A stretch of 54,732 nucleotides of DNA from Oscillospiraceae bacterium (GTDB lineage: Bacteria; Bacillota; Clostridia; Oscillospirales; Ruminococcaceae), in the NCBI GenBank assembly GCA_022792755.1, contig JAAWBP010000082.1, forward strand, positions 1 through 54,732, written 5' to 3'. Shown piece after piece: positions 36,350-45,906 of this stretch. The notes under the pieces were generated by a model. The model was not told the origin of the DNA. It did no database searches and saw nothing but the letters and a program-made list of their open reading frames with translations. The position numbers and the translations under genes are program-made. Within the stretch, counting starts at the first letter, position 1. The number at the start of each line of letters is the position of its first letter.

Positions 36350-36757
36350 TCATCTTTTTGGAAAGCGGGAGTCTTCCATTGGCATCTGGCCTTCGCAGAG
36401 GGAAAAACCGTTTGCCTGGTAGAAAGGCAGGCTTTCCGGGTAGGAGATTAAGGCAATCCTCAAAAAATCCCGGTAGTGTTCCTTGAGCCTGATCATCATT
36501 TTATTTCCGATCCCCTGGCGCTGATAATCAGGGTGGACCAGCACGTAGGGGATATAAACGTTGATGGCGCTGTCGTCTAAAGCGGAAATCAGGCCGATCA
36601 GTTTTCCGGCTGAATTCCTGGCGGCTATATAATAGGAGGACTGTTTTACTGCCTGAAAGAGCCGCGCTTCATATTCTCCTGAACGCCATCCCAGTAGGAG
36701 AAATAATTCCTTCAGCTCTTCCGCTGAAATTGTTCCGTTCTCTTCAATGGCGACCAT
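36350..36757 (-). CDS. GNAT family N-acetyltransferase
   Basis: 135 aa. The motif VLVHPDYQRQGIGNKMM and the tail FYQANGF are typical of GNAT proteins. Confidence 0.8.
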   Translation of the reverse strand: MVAIEENGTISAEELKELFLLLGWRSGEYEARLFQAVKQSSYYIAARNSAGKLIGLISALDDSAINVYIPYVLVHPDYQRQGIGNKMMIRLKEHYRDFLRIALISYPESLPFYQANGFSLCEGQMPMEDSRFPKR

Positions 36758-36833
36758 ACGCCCATCCCCTTTCGTCTTAAATCTATGTGAAACCAGCGGG
36801 GAATTATGACAGATGCCGCTGAAAAGAGCACTA

Positions 36834-36870
36834 CTAGAAAAAGCCAGCGCCTGAAAAGACGCTGGCTTTT
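36834..36870 (-). terminator. Terminator at the end of the uronate operon (after kdgK)
   Basis: AGCCAGCG-(10-nt loop)-CGCTGGCT, followed on the minus strand by TTTTCT. Confidence 0.75.
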
Positions 36871-36890
36871 ATCCTGAAACAAGGAAAGGC

Positions 36891-37910
36891 TTACCGGTTC
36901 ATTTCACTCTGCGGCCCGGTGCTGTGATGGGCCGCGATCATCCCGTCGATTTCCTTTAAGCTGGTGCAGGGCAGGTCGCCCGCCACCGTTTCTTTGACAG
37001 CGGCCATGGCGTTTCCGTATTCCACGGCTTTCTGCATGGAAAGCCCCGAGAGGATGGCGTAAAGGACACCGGAAACATAGGCGTCGCCGCTGCCGATCCG
37101 GTCGACGACCTCGATGCCGCAGTACGGCTCTTCGGTGTAGAAGGCATCGGCCTCCGCATCGTAGAGCAGGGAAGTGAAGTCATGGCTCGAAGGGCTGTTG
37201 ATCTTCCGCTTGGTGGTGGCGACCACCTTGAGGGAATAGGTCGCGGCGAACTCTTTGAGGATCTCCTCCAGCCCACCGGTCCGCCCGAACATCCGGCGGC
37301 AGCTTTCCTCTGAAATAAAGAGGATGTCGATGTACGGCAGTACCGCCTCGATCGCGGCTTTGGCCTTTTCTTCTCCCCAAAGGTTGGCGCGGTAGTTGAC
37401 GTCAAACGAAATCAGGGCGCCGTTTTCCTTGAATTTTTTCATCACGGCCGTGGCGTTTGCGCAGATCTCGTCTGAAAGCGCCAGAGTGATGCCGCTGGTG
37501 TGGAACAGCCGGGTATTGGTGTAGATTTCTTCCGGGAGCTCCTCCGCCTTGAAACGAGTGGCAGAGGAATTTTTGCGGTCATAGACCACGCTCGGCTTCC
37601 GCGGCGCTGCGCCGCTTTCCAAAAAGTAGATCCCAACCCGGGCGCCGTCGGCGGAATCGTTTACAACGTAACGATCATCCACCCCGATCGAGCGCATCTC
37701 CCGCGTGATAAAATTGCGCAGCTCGCTGACGGGCAGCTTGGTGGCAAAGGCCGTTTTCAGCCCCAGCGCCGCAATGCCGGCCATCACGTTCAGTTCCGAC
37801 CCGCCGGGCTTGTTTTCCAAAAGGCCCGCGCGGGAGAGCCGCTCTTTCCCGGCCGGGGAGAGACGGAGCATCACTTCCCCTAAGCCGATTGCATCGAATT
37901 GTTTCTCCAT
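36891..37910 (-). CDS. kdgK: 2-dehydro-3-deoxygluconokinase (PfkB family)
   Basis: Contains GLGEVMLRLSP..GGSELNV.. and the C-terminal VDRIGSGDAYVSG motif. Operon context with eda and uxuA supports the call. Confidence 0.88.
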   Translation of the reverse strand: MEKQFDAIGLGEVMLRLSPAGKERLSRAGLLENKPGGSELNVMAGIAALGLKTAFATKLPVSELRNFITREMRSIGVDDRYVVNDSADGARVGIYFLESGAAPRKPSVVYDRKNSSATRFKAEELPEEIYTNTRLFHTSGITLALSDEICANATAVMKKFKENGALISFDVNYRANLWGEEKAKAAIEAVLPYIDILFISEESCRRMFGRTGGLEEILKEFAATYSLKVVATTKRKINSPSSHDFTSLLYDAEADAFYTEEPYCGIEVVDRIGSGDAYVSGVLYAILSGLSMQKAVEYGNAMAAVKETVAGDLPCTSLKEIDGMIAAHHSTGPQSEMNR

Positions 37911-37924
37911 CGTTGTCCTCCGCG

Positions 37925-38890
37925 TTACGCCTTTTGTTTGAGATGGACGGCAAAGCCGCCGATCTCCCCATCCAGATAAACCAAATTCAGGTTGCCATTG
38001 GCGTCGTAGGTCTTGCTTTCCTCACAGAAGGTGACCCCTTTACCGGAAAGGTAATACATTGCCCGCCGGATGTCGTTGGTCTGGACGGCGATATGCCCAT
38101 TGGTTCCCCGTCCGTTGAATTTCATGATCTCGATGACGTCGTCCATAAAGATCGACTGCTCGCCGTCGTTGAGCGCCATCCCAAAGAAGGACTCGAACAG
38201 CTTCGCCGCCTTCATCGCCTCTTCGCCGCCCGACGAGTTGATGCCGATATGTACCAACTTGAAGCCCAGCATGGCGGTGATGGCCTGGCGGGCGAGCGCC
38301 TCAATTTCGTCATAGCGCTCTTCCTTCAACAGCGCGTCGGTCACCATCCAGCTTCCGCCGCAGGCGACGATCTTTTTAAAGGAGAGGTAATCGTTGAGGT
38401 TTTTGGGGGAGATTCCGCCCGTCGGCATGAATTTCACATTGCCGTAGGGCGCGCTCATCGCCTTGATCATCGCAAGGCCGCCCGCCGCCTCCGCCGGGAA
38501 GAATTTCACCGTGTCGAGCCCAAGCTCCAAAGCGGTTTCGATATTGCTCGGGGAGGAACAGCCCGGAATCATCGGAACGCCCTTTTCGAGACAATACTTC
38601 ACAATGTTGGGATTCAACCCCGGGGAGACGATGAATTTCGCCCCTGCTTTGACGGCGTTGTCCACCTGCTCTTTTGTCAGGACGGTGCCCGCGCCGACCA
38701 GCATCTCCGGGAATTTTTCAGAGATGCGGGAAATCGCCTCCGCTGCTTCTTCGGTGCGGAAGGTGACCTCCGCCACCGGCAGGCCGCCCTTGATCAGGGC
38801 GTCCGCGAGCGGGATGGCCTTTTCGGCATCGTCGATCTTGATGACGGGGACGATGCCGATTTTGCCGATGGTTTCAAAAATTTCGTTCAT
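37925..38890 (-). CDS. eda: KDPG/KHG aldolase fused to a C-terminal VOC (glyoxalase-like) domain
   Basis: Residues 1 to about 205 are Eda-like (VPVIKID.., EVTFRT, VKFFPAEAAGG with the Schiff-base Lys). Residues from about 209 to 321 are an extra domain (GFKLVHIGINSSGGEEA..GHIAVQTNDIRRA..GGFAVHLKQK). Confidence 0.85.
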   Translation of the reverse strand: MNEIFETIGKIGIVPVIKIDDAEKAIPLADALIKGGLPVAEVTFRTEEAAEAISRISEKFPEMLVGAGTVLTKEQVDNAVKAGAKFIVSPGLNPNIVKYCLEKGVPMIPGCSSPSNIETALELGLDTVKFFPAEAAGGLAMIKAMSAPYGNVKFMPTGGISPKNLNDYLSFKKIVACGGSWMVTDALLKEERYDEIEALARQAITAMLGFKLVHIGINSSGGEEAMKAAKLFESFFGMALNDGEQSIFMDDVIEIMKFNGRGTNGHIAVQTNDIRRAMYYLSGKGVTFCEESKTYDANGNLNLVYLDGEIGGFAVHLKQKA

Positions 38891-38906
38891 GACTCCACCT
38901 CACAGC

Positions 38907-39980
38907 TTATTTGCCGGATTTTTCAAGCGCTTCGATGATGCCGGACATATAGGCGGCGCCGAGCGCGCGGTCGTACAGCCCGTAACCCGGGCGGCCCTGT
39001 TCGTCCCAGATCATCCGCCCGTGGTCGGGGCGGATCAGGCCCTGGTAACCGTTCTTGTGCAGGATTTCGAGCACCTTGTAGATGTTGATATCGCCCTCTT
39101 CGGTCATGTGGGCGCCTTCGTAGAACATCCCGGGCTTTACGAACTTGATGTTGCGGATGTGCATAAAGGCGATCCGGTCGATCTTGGAGAAATGATCGAC
39201 GATGTCGAGGATGTCGTTATCAGGGTTCGACCCGAGCGAGCCGGTGCAGACGGTCAGGCAGTTGGAGGGGGAATCCACCATCTCCACGATCTTCTGCAAG
39301 CTTTCCTTGCTGTTGACGATCCGGGGCAGCCCGAAGAGGTTCCACGGCGGGTCGTCCGAATGAACCGCCATCTTGATGTCGTTTTCCTCCGCAACAGGGA
39401 TGACCTGCTCCAGAAAATACTTGTAGTTGGCGCGGAGGTCCTCGTCGGTGACGCCTTTGTACTTTTCGAGGGATTCCTTGATGTAGGGGATGCGGCTCGG
39501 CTCCCAGCCAGGGAGGACGAAGCCGTTCGACCCGGATTCGACCATCTTAAACATGTCGTCCGGACTGGAAGCATCAATCACGCTCTGGTCGAAGGCCATG
39601 GTGTTGGAGCCGTCGGGAAGGACATAGGCCATCTCGGTTTTGGTGAAGTCGAAGACCGGCATAAAGTTGTAGCAGACCATATGGATGCCGGCTTTGCCGA
39701 GGTTGACTAAGGTTTTCTTGTAATTTTCGATGTACCGTTCGCGGCTGGGGAGGCCGAGCTTGATGTCCTCGTGGACGTTGACGCTTTCGATCCCGTCCAG
39801 GGTGAGGCCCGCTTTCTCCACCTGCGCTTTGACCTTGAGGATGTCCTCGAGCTCCCAGAGCTCCCCGGCCGGAACATCCAGCAGGGAGGTGATGATGCCT
39901 TTTATGTAGGGAACCTGCTTCACAGCCTGAAGGGAGATGTTGTCGTTGTTTTCGCCGTACCAGCGGAATGTCATTCTCAT
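38907..39980 (-). CDS. uxuA: Mannonate dehydratase
   Basis: MRMTFRWYGENND.., 357 aa, typical UxuA. Confidence 0.95.
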   Translation of the reverse strand: MRMTFRWYGENNDNISLQAVKQVPYIKGIITSLLDVPAGELWELEDILKVKAQVEKAGLTLDGIESVNVHEDIKLGLPSRERYIENYKKTLVNLGKAGIHMVCYNFMPVFDFTKTEMAYVLPDGSNTMAFDQSVIDASSPDDMFKMVESGSNGFVLPGWEPSRIPYIKESLEKYKGVTDEDLRANYKYFLEQVIPVAEENDIKMAVHSDDPPWNLFGLPRIVNSKESLQKIVEMVDSPSNCLTVCTGSLGSNPDNDILDIVDHFSKIDRIAFMHIRNIKFVKPGMFYEGAHMTEEGDINIYKVLEILHKNGYQGLIRPDHGRMIWDEQGRPGYGLYDRALGAAYMSGIIEALEKSGK

Positions 39981-40015
39981 AACGGAATTCCTCCTTTTTT
40001 AGTTGAAACCAAACT

Positions 40016-40050
40016 CCGTCGGGGGCCGGGGCCGAAGCCCGGCCCGACGG
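40016..40050 (-). other. GC-rich intercistronic hairpin between uxuB and uxuA
   Basis: The plus strand reads CCGTCGGGGGCCGGGGCCGAAGCCCGGCCCGACGG. It is an imperfect long stem around a TTCG/CGAA loop, and only a weak T-tract follows on the minus strand. Confidence 0.35.
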
Positions 40051-40065
40051 ATGGGAAATGCGGGA

Positions 40066-40902
40066 TCAGACGCCGGAGTAAGCCCAGAAACCGCCGTCGA
40101 TCGGGACTTCGATCCCGGTGACGAAGGCCGCGGCATCGTCGTCGAGGAGATAGCGCACGGTGCCGATCAGGTCTTTTTCCACGCCGAACCGTTTCATCGG
40201 GGTGTGGGTGAGGATTTTGTGGGAGCGCTCGGTCAGAGAGCCGTCCGGATTGCGGAGCAGGGCCGCATTCTGGATCGTCTCAAAGAAGCCGGGGGCAATC
40301 GCGTTGACCCGGATGCCGCATTCGGCGAAATAAACACAGAGGTATTTCGTGAAGTTGGTGATCCCGGCCTTGGCCGCCGCATAAGCCGGAACCTTGGTCA
40401 TCGGGGAAGCGGAAGCCATCGAGGAGATGTTGAGGATCGAGCCTTTGCCCGCCTCGACCATGTCGGGGGCGAACTCCTGGGTGACGATCAGCGTCCCCAT
40501 GAAGTTGATGGAAAAGACCTTCATGAAAGCGTTTGCGTCGATGTCGAGCAGGGTGCGCTCATTCGGGTTTTTCCAGTCCTCCACCTTGAAGAGCTCCTGG
40601 GTGGTGGTCGCCATCGGGTTGTTGCCGCCCGCGCCGTTAATCAGGATATCACAGGGGCCGAACGCCTTTTTGACCTCTTCGTGGGCTTCCTTCACCTTTT
40701 CCGGCTCCAGCACGTTGCAGGAGACCGCAATTGCTTTTCCGCCTGCCGCGTTGATCTCGTCCGCGTACTTCTTCGCCGCGTCGAGATTCAGGTCGAGCAG
40801 GGCTATTTTTGCACCGTCTTTCGCCAGTTCTTTGGCGAAGAAGCTGCAAAGGACGCCGCCCGCCCCGGTGATTACAATTACTTTGTCTTTCAGGTTTGCC
40901 AT
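40066..40902 (-). CDS. uxuB: SDR-type D-mannonate oxidoreductase (YjmF/UxuB-like)
   Basis: ORF 40066..40911 trimmed to the ATG at 40902, 8 nt after AAGGA. It contains VIVITGAGGVLC, an SDR catalytic YAAAK, and the operon context fits. Specificity is inferred from context only. Confidence 0.78.
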   Translation of the reverse strand: MANLKDKVIVITGAGGVLCSFFAKELAKDGAKIALLDLNLDAAKKYADEINAAGGKAIAVSCNVLEPEKVKEAHEEVKKAFGPCDILINGAGGNNPMATTTQELFKVEDWKNPNERTLLDIDANAFMKVFSINFMGTLIVTQEFAPDMVEAGKGSILNISSMASASPMTKVPAYAAAKAGITNFTKYLCVYFAECGIRVNAIAPGFFETIQNAALLRNPDGSLTERSHKILTHTPMKRFGVEKDLIGTVRYLLDDDAAAFVTGIEVPIDGGFWAYSGV

Positions 40903-40939
40903 AAAAAACATCCTTTCGTTCTTTATTTACTCTGATATA

Positions 40940-42940
40940 TCACGGATAGATTTTCCGGCCCTTTGCATCCGGCGTGCCGGTGTGCCGGTAGAAGTAGGTG
41001 TTGACGATGTCGCGCCACTCTTTGGAATTCTCAAACTGGATATTCAGCCGCTCTTTGACCAGGGCGAAGATGTCCGGCTGGATCATGTGCTCCAGGGCCG
41101 CCCAGTCCCTGATGTACCCTTTGACCGTTTCGACCCCTTCGAAATGGGTGTCGTAGATGTGCTGGATCAGGGTTTTCCCGGATTTCAGCTTGTGGGTGTA
41201 ATCCACGTGGTGGAAGAATAAGAGCAGGTCGTCCGGGCAGGTGTCGGCCTTTTCATAGAGAGAGGCATTTGGTTCAAAATACTGGCTGGTGTAGCCGGTT
41301 CCGGTCGCAACGGTGCGGTCTACGCCGACCCCTTTCCAGTCGGCAAAGTGGTAGGTGCCCCAGCGGTCGTATTCGTAACCGTCTACGCTCGGGCCGTAGT
41401 GGACATGCGGCGTGACCATCCAGCCCACGCCGAGGGGGGAGGTGTAATTCTCATAGGTGCGCCGGGAGCTCATCAGCATCGGGAGCATGGTATCCATGAC
41501 CGTTTTGTTGACGCCCAGTGTGAGGCCGGTCCACTCCCGCGCGATCTCCTCGGCGGTGAGGTCGGCGTTCCAGCAGAGCCGCCCATAGCCGTAGAGGTTC
41601 GCTTGGGCCAGCGGGCTTCCAGTCCAGCATTCGTCGTCCCCGATATTCGAGACGGCGGCGAGCCCGGCGTGCTTCGGGTGATGCAGGCTTCCGTCGCACA
41701 TCTTTTTCACGTAAGAACCCTTGCCCTTTGCATAGGTGTCAAAGTCCAGCACCTCTTTCCAGAGCGGGACGAGGTAGCAAAGATGGCGCTGCTGACCGGT
41801 GTATTCCTGTGTGACCTCGAACTCCAGGATCTGGTTGGTCTGCGGCATTGCGCCGAGAAGGGGAGAGACCGCCTCGCGGATCTGGAAATCCATCGGGCCG
41901 TTTTTGATCTGGAGGATGACGTTGTCGGCAAACTTGCCGTCGAGCGGCATGAAGTGGTCGTAGGCAGCGCGGGCGCGGTCGGTGGTGCGGTCGCGCCAAT
42001 CCTGGTTGCAGTTGTAGACAAAGCAGCGCCAAATGACGATGCCGCCGTAGGGCTTGACCGCCTCCGCCAGCATGTTGGAGCCGTCGGCGTGGTTCCGGCC
42101 GTAGGTAAACGGGCCGGGGCGGCCTTCGGAATCGGCTTTTACAAGGAATCCGCCGAAGGTGGGAACCGCTTCATAGATCGTCTTGGCGGCATCTTTCCAC
42201 CAGCTGCGCACCCGCTCGTCCAGCGGGTCGGAAACGTCGATGCCGCCGAGCTGGATCGGCGCCGCGAAGTTGACACACATATACATGGTGATGCCGTAGC
42301 TGTTGAAAACGTCATTGTACCGCTTCACCATCGGGAGATATTCCGGGGTGATGAACTTGGTTTCGTGGAAATGGACGTTAACGTTGTTGATTGAGATGGC
42401 GTTGAGGCCGACCGAGGCGAGCATCCGGGCGTAGTCCTTGATCCGGCTCAAATCCTCCATAAACCGGTAATCCGTGAAGAAGATCGAACGGCCGGCATAG
42501 CCGCGCTCGATGTCCCCATCGCCGTTGTCCCACTGGTTGATCATCCGGATTTCGTTGCGCGGATAATCCATTTTACAGCATTCTTCCGGTGTTTTTCCAA
42601 GCGCTAGTCCTTGCAACAAGCTGAAAACACCGTAAAGCAGGCCGGTGGAGCTTTCCCCGGCGACCATGAAGCCGTGGCTGCTTTTTTCGATGACGTATCC
42701 GTCCTTGTGCTCGACGGCCGGCAGCCCTGCGACCAGGCGGAGGCTGGCACCCGATTCGACCCTCGCGGGGGCCGGGAGCCCGACGGCCTTGCAGAAGCAT
42801 TCGATCTCCTCTACGGCGGAATCGGTGATTTTATCGCCGTTTTCAACGCTGACCGAAGCGAGATTTGCCGCCAGAACCTCCTTGTTTAAAGAATCGGCGT
42901 TGGTGTCGTACCGCAGCCAGCAGTCATAAAGCGCGCTCAT
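40940..42940 (-). CDS. aguA: Alpha-glucuronidase, GH67
   Basis: 666 aa. [11 protein letters not shown].. and the overall pattern match GH67. There is no signal peptide. Confidence 0.92.
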   Translation of the reverse strand: MSALYDCWLRYDTNADSLNKEVLAANLASVSVENGDKITDSAVEEIECFCKAVGLPAPARVESGASLRLVAGLPAVEHKDGYVIEKSSHGFMVAGESSTGLLYGVFSLLQGLALGKTPEECCKMDYPRNEIRMINQWDNGDGDIERGYAGRSIFFTDYRFMEDLSRIKDYARMLASVGLNAISINNVNVHFHETKFITPEYLPMVKRYNDVFNSYGITMYMCVNFAAPIQLGGIDVSDPLDERVRSWWKDAAKTIYEAVPTFGGFLVKADSEGRPGPFTYGRNHADGSNMLAEAVKPYGGIVIWRCFVYNCNQDWRDRTTDRARAAYDHFMPLDGKFADNVILQIKNGPMDFQIREAVSPLLGAMPQTNQILEFEVTQEYTGQQRHLCYLVPLWKEVLDFDTYAKGKGSYVKKMCDGSLHHPKHAGLAAVSNIGDDECWTGSPLAQANLYGYGRLCWNADLTAEEIAREWTGLTLGVNKTVMDTMLPMLMSSRRTYENYTSPLGVGWMVTPHVHYGPSVDGYEYDRWGTYHFADWKGVGVDRTVATGTGYTSQYFEPNASLYEKADTCPDDLLLFFHHVDYTHKLKSGKTLIQHIYDTHFEGVETVKGYIRDWAALEHMIQPDIFALVKERLNIQFENSKEWRDIVNTYFYRHTGTPDAKGRKIYP

Positions 42941-42973
42941 AACATCCTTCCTTTCTCGGTTTCGTTTACAGTG

Positions 42974-44215
42974 TTACCGTTCGAAATGCTTTTTATTGAT
43001 GTCCTCGGTCAGCGGCTCGCCGAACCAGAGGAATTTGCAATAGGTTAGAAGGGCCTGCCAGTCCTCTTCGTTGTGGGCGTGGGTTCCCTCCCTATAGTGG
43101 ATGCCGTTTTTCTCCGGGATCCCCAGCAGGTCGAAGAGCGGCTGGGAATCCTCCCAGGCAAGCTGGGTGCCGTAGGGGTTCGACCAGTAGTCGTCCAACC
43201 CCTCGGTGGTAAAGCAGGCGCGGGGTGCAACCGCCGTCCGGAGGGTATTCGCGTCAAAGGGGAGGTGGGACTCCCGCTCCGGATAGACGCTGTTGTCCCC
43301 AAACGATGCAAATTCCCGGACAAACCAGTTGGGGGCGAAATTCGTGATCCCGCCCACCGCTTCGCAGGCTTCCGGGTCTTGGCGGGAGCCTGCGCGGGTT
43401 CCGATGAAGCGCAGGGAGCCCACACCGCCGCAGCCTGAAGCGTTCGGGTTGACAACCGCCGCCCGCTCGTCGTAGATGCCGGCGCAGAGAGCCGCTTTGC
43501 CCAGACGGGAATGACCGGTGTAGCAGGCTTTCCCTGCGTCGATCTGCGGGAGGGTTTCAAAGTAATCCATACAGACCAGGTAGCCGAAGCCCCACTGTGC
43601 AATCTCCCCCCAGTCGCAGTCCGGATAGGCGGCCGCAAGCGGATGGATGTGCTCCAGATCGATTTTCTCCGGGGTGACTTTTTCCAATTTTTCGACGACG
43701 TAACGAACTCTGTCATCCTTTGGCTCAAAGGTTCCGCGGCGATAATCGGCAACCATCTCCAACAGGGCGCGGTCGCCGCAGAGATCGCACCGGTCGAATG
43801 CGGCGAGGGCGAAACCTTCTTCGGTCACCGCCTTTTCCTCAAGCGGGAGGGGTTCGTCGACATAATCCGTCGAATCGATGATCACTGGGAACCGCTCTCC
43901 GGGGCGGTTCGGGTAGACCAGCCGCACCTTCATGGAGACGTCCGCGGCAACGCCGAAGGTGAGGACGATGTTTTCCTCTATCGCTTTTCCGCCAAATTTC
44001 AGCGCCTTGTTCGTGACGGACGATTTGACCTCCCCGCGGTTTTCAGGGAAGTGGCCGAACATGTAATGGGCGAACATCTCTTTTAAATAAGCGCGCTGTT
44101 CCTCCCATTGTTCGGGGGAGGCGATCTTTTTCCCGAAGCGGTCTGCCGTGCAGTCCGGCATATTGGGAATCGCCGGCAGCTCATCATAAGCCGGCCATTT
44201 TGTTCCTGGGGTCAT
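42974..44215 (-). CDS. CE15-like glucuronoyl (4-O-methyl-glucuronoyl methyl) esterase, no signal peptide
   Basis: 413 aa. The motif TGHSRLGKAAL resembles the CE15 nucleophile motif G-C/H-S-R-x-G-K. It is followed by NPNASGCGG and a distal HAHNEEDW, consistent with a Ser-His-acid triad. The N-terminus MTPGTKWPAYDEL has no hydrophobic leader. Confidence 0.7.
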   Translation of the reverse strand: MTPGTKWPAYDELPAIPNMPDCTADRFGKKIASPEQWEEQRAYLKEMFAHYMFGHFPENRGEVKSSVTNKALKFGGKAIEENIVLTFGVAADVSMKVRLVYPNRPGERFPVIIDSTDYVDEPLPLEEKAVTEEGFALAAFDRCDLCGDRALLEMVADYRRGTFEPKDDRVRYVVEKLEKVTPEKIDLEHIHPLAAAYPDCDWGEIAQWGFGYLVCMDYFETLPQIDAGKACYTGHSRLGKAALCAGIYDERAAVVNPNASGCGGVGSLRFIGTRAGSRQDPEACEAVGGITNFAPNWFVREFASFGDNSVYPERESHLPFDANTLRTAVAPRACFTTEGLDDYWSNPYGTQLAWEDSQPLFDLLGIPEKNGIHYREGTHAHNEEDWQALLTYCKFLWFGEPLTEDINKKHFER

Positions 44216-44347
44216 TGCAGCATCTCCTTTGCAGTTTACCGCCGCACGGTATCAGCGGTCTGAGTGGGTGGCGGAAGGCGGTTCGTTTTTGAGGGTAGGG
44301 TACGATCGTCTAAAGGAGGTTCCGTCCTCGGCGAAACAACTTTTTGA

Positions 44348-45763
44348 CTAAAAGATTTTTGTTTTGGGGAGGCCGAAGAAGTTCGCCGCATTGTTGAAAC
44401 AGATGTCCTCGACGACCTTTCCGATCCTGTCGTAATCCGCCGGGATTTCACCCGCGTCGATCCAGCTCCCCAGCAGGTTGCAGAGAATCCGCCTGAAATA
44501 TTCGTGGCGGGTATAGGAGATAAAACTCCTCGAATCGGTCAGCATCCCGACAAAGTTTGCAAGGATTCCGGTGTTCGCAAGGGCCCGCATCTGATTCACC
44601 ATCCCGTCGCGGTGGTCGTTGAACCACCAGGCGGCTCCGAGCTGGATCTTGCCGGCGGCCGGCCTCTGCTGGAAGCATCCCGCGGCGACGGCGAGCCTGT
44701 CGTTGTCGTTCGGGTTCAGGCTGTAGAGGACGGTTTTGGGGAGGCTGTTCTGCTGCTCCATCAAGTCGAGGAGCCGGAGGACGGATTCGACCGAAAGGTC
44801 ATCCCCGATGGCGTCGAAGCCAGTGTCCGCCCCTGCCAGCTTGAACATGGCGGTGTTGACGCTGCGGACGACGCCAAGGTGGAGCTGCATCCCAAAACCG
44901 AGTTCTTCATAGACGCTGCCGAGATAGACCATCAGCTGGGTGTGATAGGCGCTGATCTCTTTCCCGGTCAACGGTTTGCCCGCCAGCGCCTTTTTCAAAG
45001 CGGCGTCCGCGTCCTTTTTGTCACAGGAAATGAAAGCCGGCGCGCCGAACGCGTGATCGGAGAGAAGGCAGCCGTGGCTTTTAAAGAATTCCACCCGTTT
45101 CAGAAGGGCGAGCTTGAGGGAATCGAAATCGACAATTTCAACTCCCGCCGCGGCGCCGAGCTCCTTAACATAGGCGGTAAACCCCTCGTTTTCCAGGTGG
45201 ATCGCCTTGTCGGGCCGGAAGGTGGGGAGCACCTGAACCGGGAAGGACGGATCGTCCGCCAGCGCGATGTGATCCTCAAGGCTGTCCGCCGGATCGTCGG
45301 TCGTACAAAGAGCCGCCACACCGGAGCGCAGAATCAGGCCGTGCGCCCGGAATTCCTCCTTTTGCAGAAGGGCGTTGCAGGTGTCGTAGATCTCTTTGGC
45401 GTTTTCTTTGCAGAGGAGCTCGTCTACCCCGAAATACCGTTTCAGCTCGAGGTGAGTCCAGTGGTAGAGGGGATTTCCATAACAGCGGGAAATTGTCTCG
45501 GCCCACTTTTCGAACTTCTCGTAAGGGTCTGCGCCGCCAGTGATATAGCATTCTTCTACCCCATTTGCCCGCATCAAACGCCACTTATAGTGGTCGCCCG
45601 AAAGCCAGAGGTCGGTGATGGTCTCAAACTGCTTGTTTTTCAGAATCTCCGCCGCACTCAGATGACAATGATAGTCGAAAATCGGCATCTTTTCGGCGTA
45701 GCTGCGGTATAAAAGCCGCGCGGCATCGCTTTGCAGAAGAAAAGAATCGTTGATAAAAGACAT
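44348..45763 (-). CDS. uxaC: Glucuronate isomerase
   Basis: MSFINDSFLLQSDAARLLY..MPIFDYHCHL..DHYKWR is typical UxaC. Confidence 0.95.
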   Translation of the reverse strand: MSFINDSFLLQSDAARLLYRSYAEKMPIFDYHCHLSAAEILKNKQFETITDLWLSGDHYKWRLMRANGVEECYITGGADPYEKFEKWAETISRCYGNPLYHWTHLELKRYFGVDELLCKENAKEIYDTCNALLQKEEFRAHGLILRSGVAALCTTDDPADSLEDHIALADDPSFPVQVLPTFRPDKAIHLENEGFTAYVKELGAAAGVEIVDFDSLKLALLKRVEFFKSHGCLLSDHAFGAPAFISCDKKDADAALKKALAGKPLTGKEISAYHTQLMVYLGSVYEELGFGMQLHLGVVRSVNTAMFKLAGADTGFDAIGDDLSVESVLRLLDLMEQQNSLPKTVLYSLNPNDNDRLAVAAGCFQQRPAAGKIQLGAAWWFNDHRDGMVNQMRALANTGILANFVGMLTDSRSFISYTRHEYFRRILCNLLGSWIDAGEIPADYDRIGKVVEDICFNNAANFFGLPKTKIF

Positions 45764-45906
45764 GTCAATCCCCCCATACTGTTATTGATTTCAGTATACA
45801 TCATTTTTTGCAAATAAATTAGTGATTATTGCTTGAAAAATGGCAAAAATTGCTTTACTATAAAAAGAGGAAAAACAACCGTAAATCTGGAGGAGGGATC
45901 TGCCCA

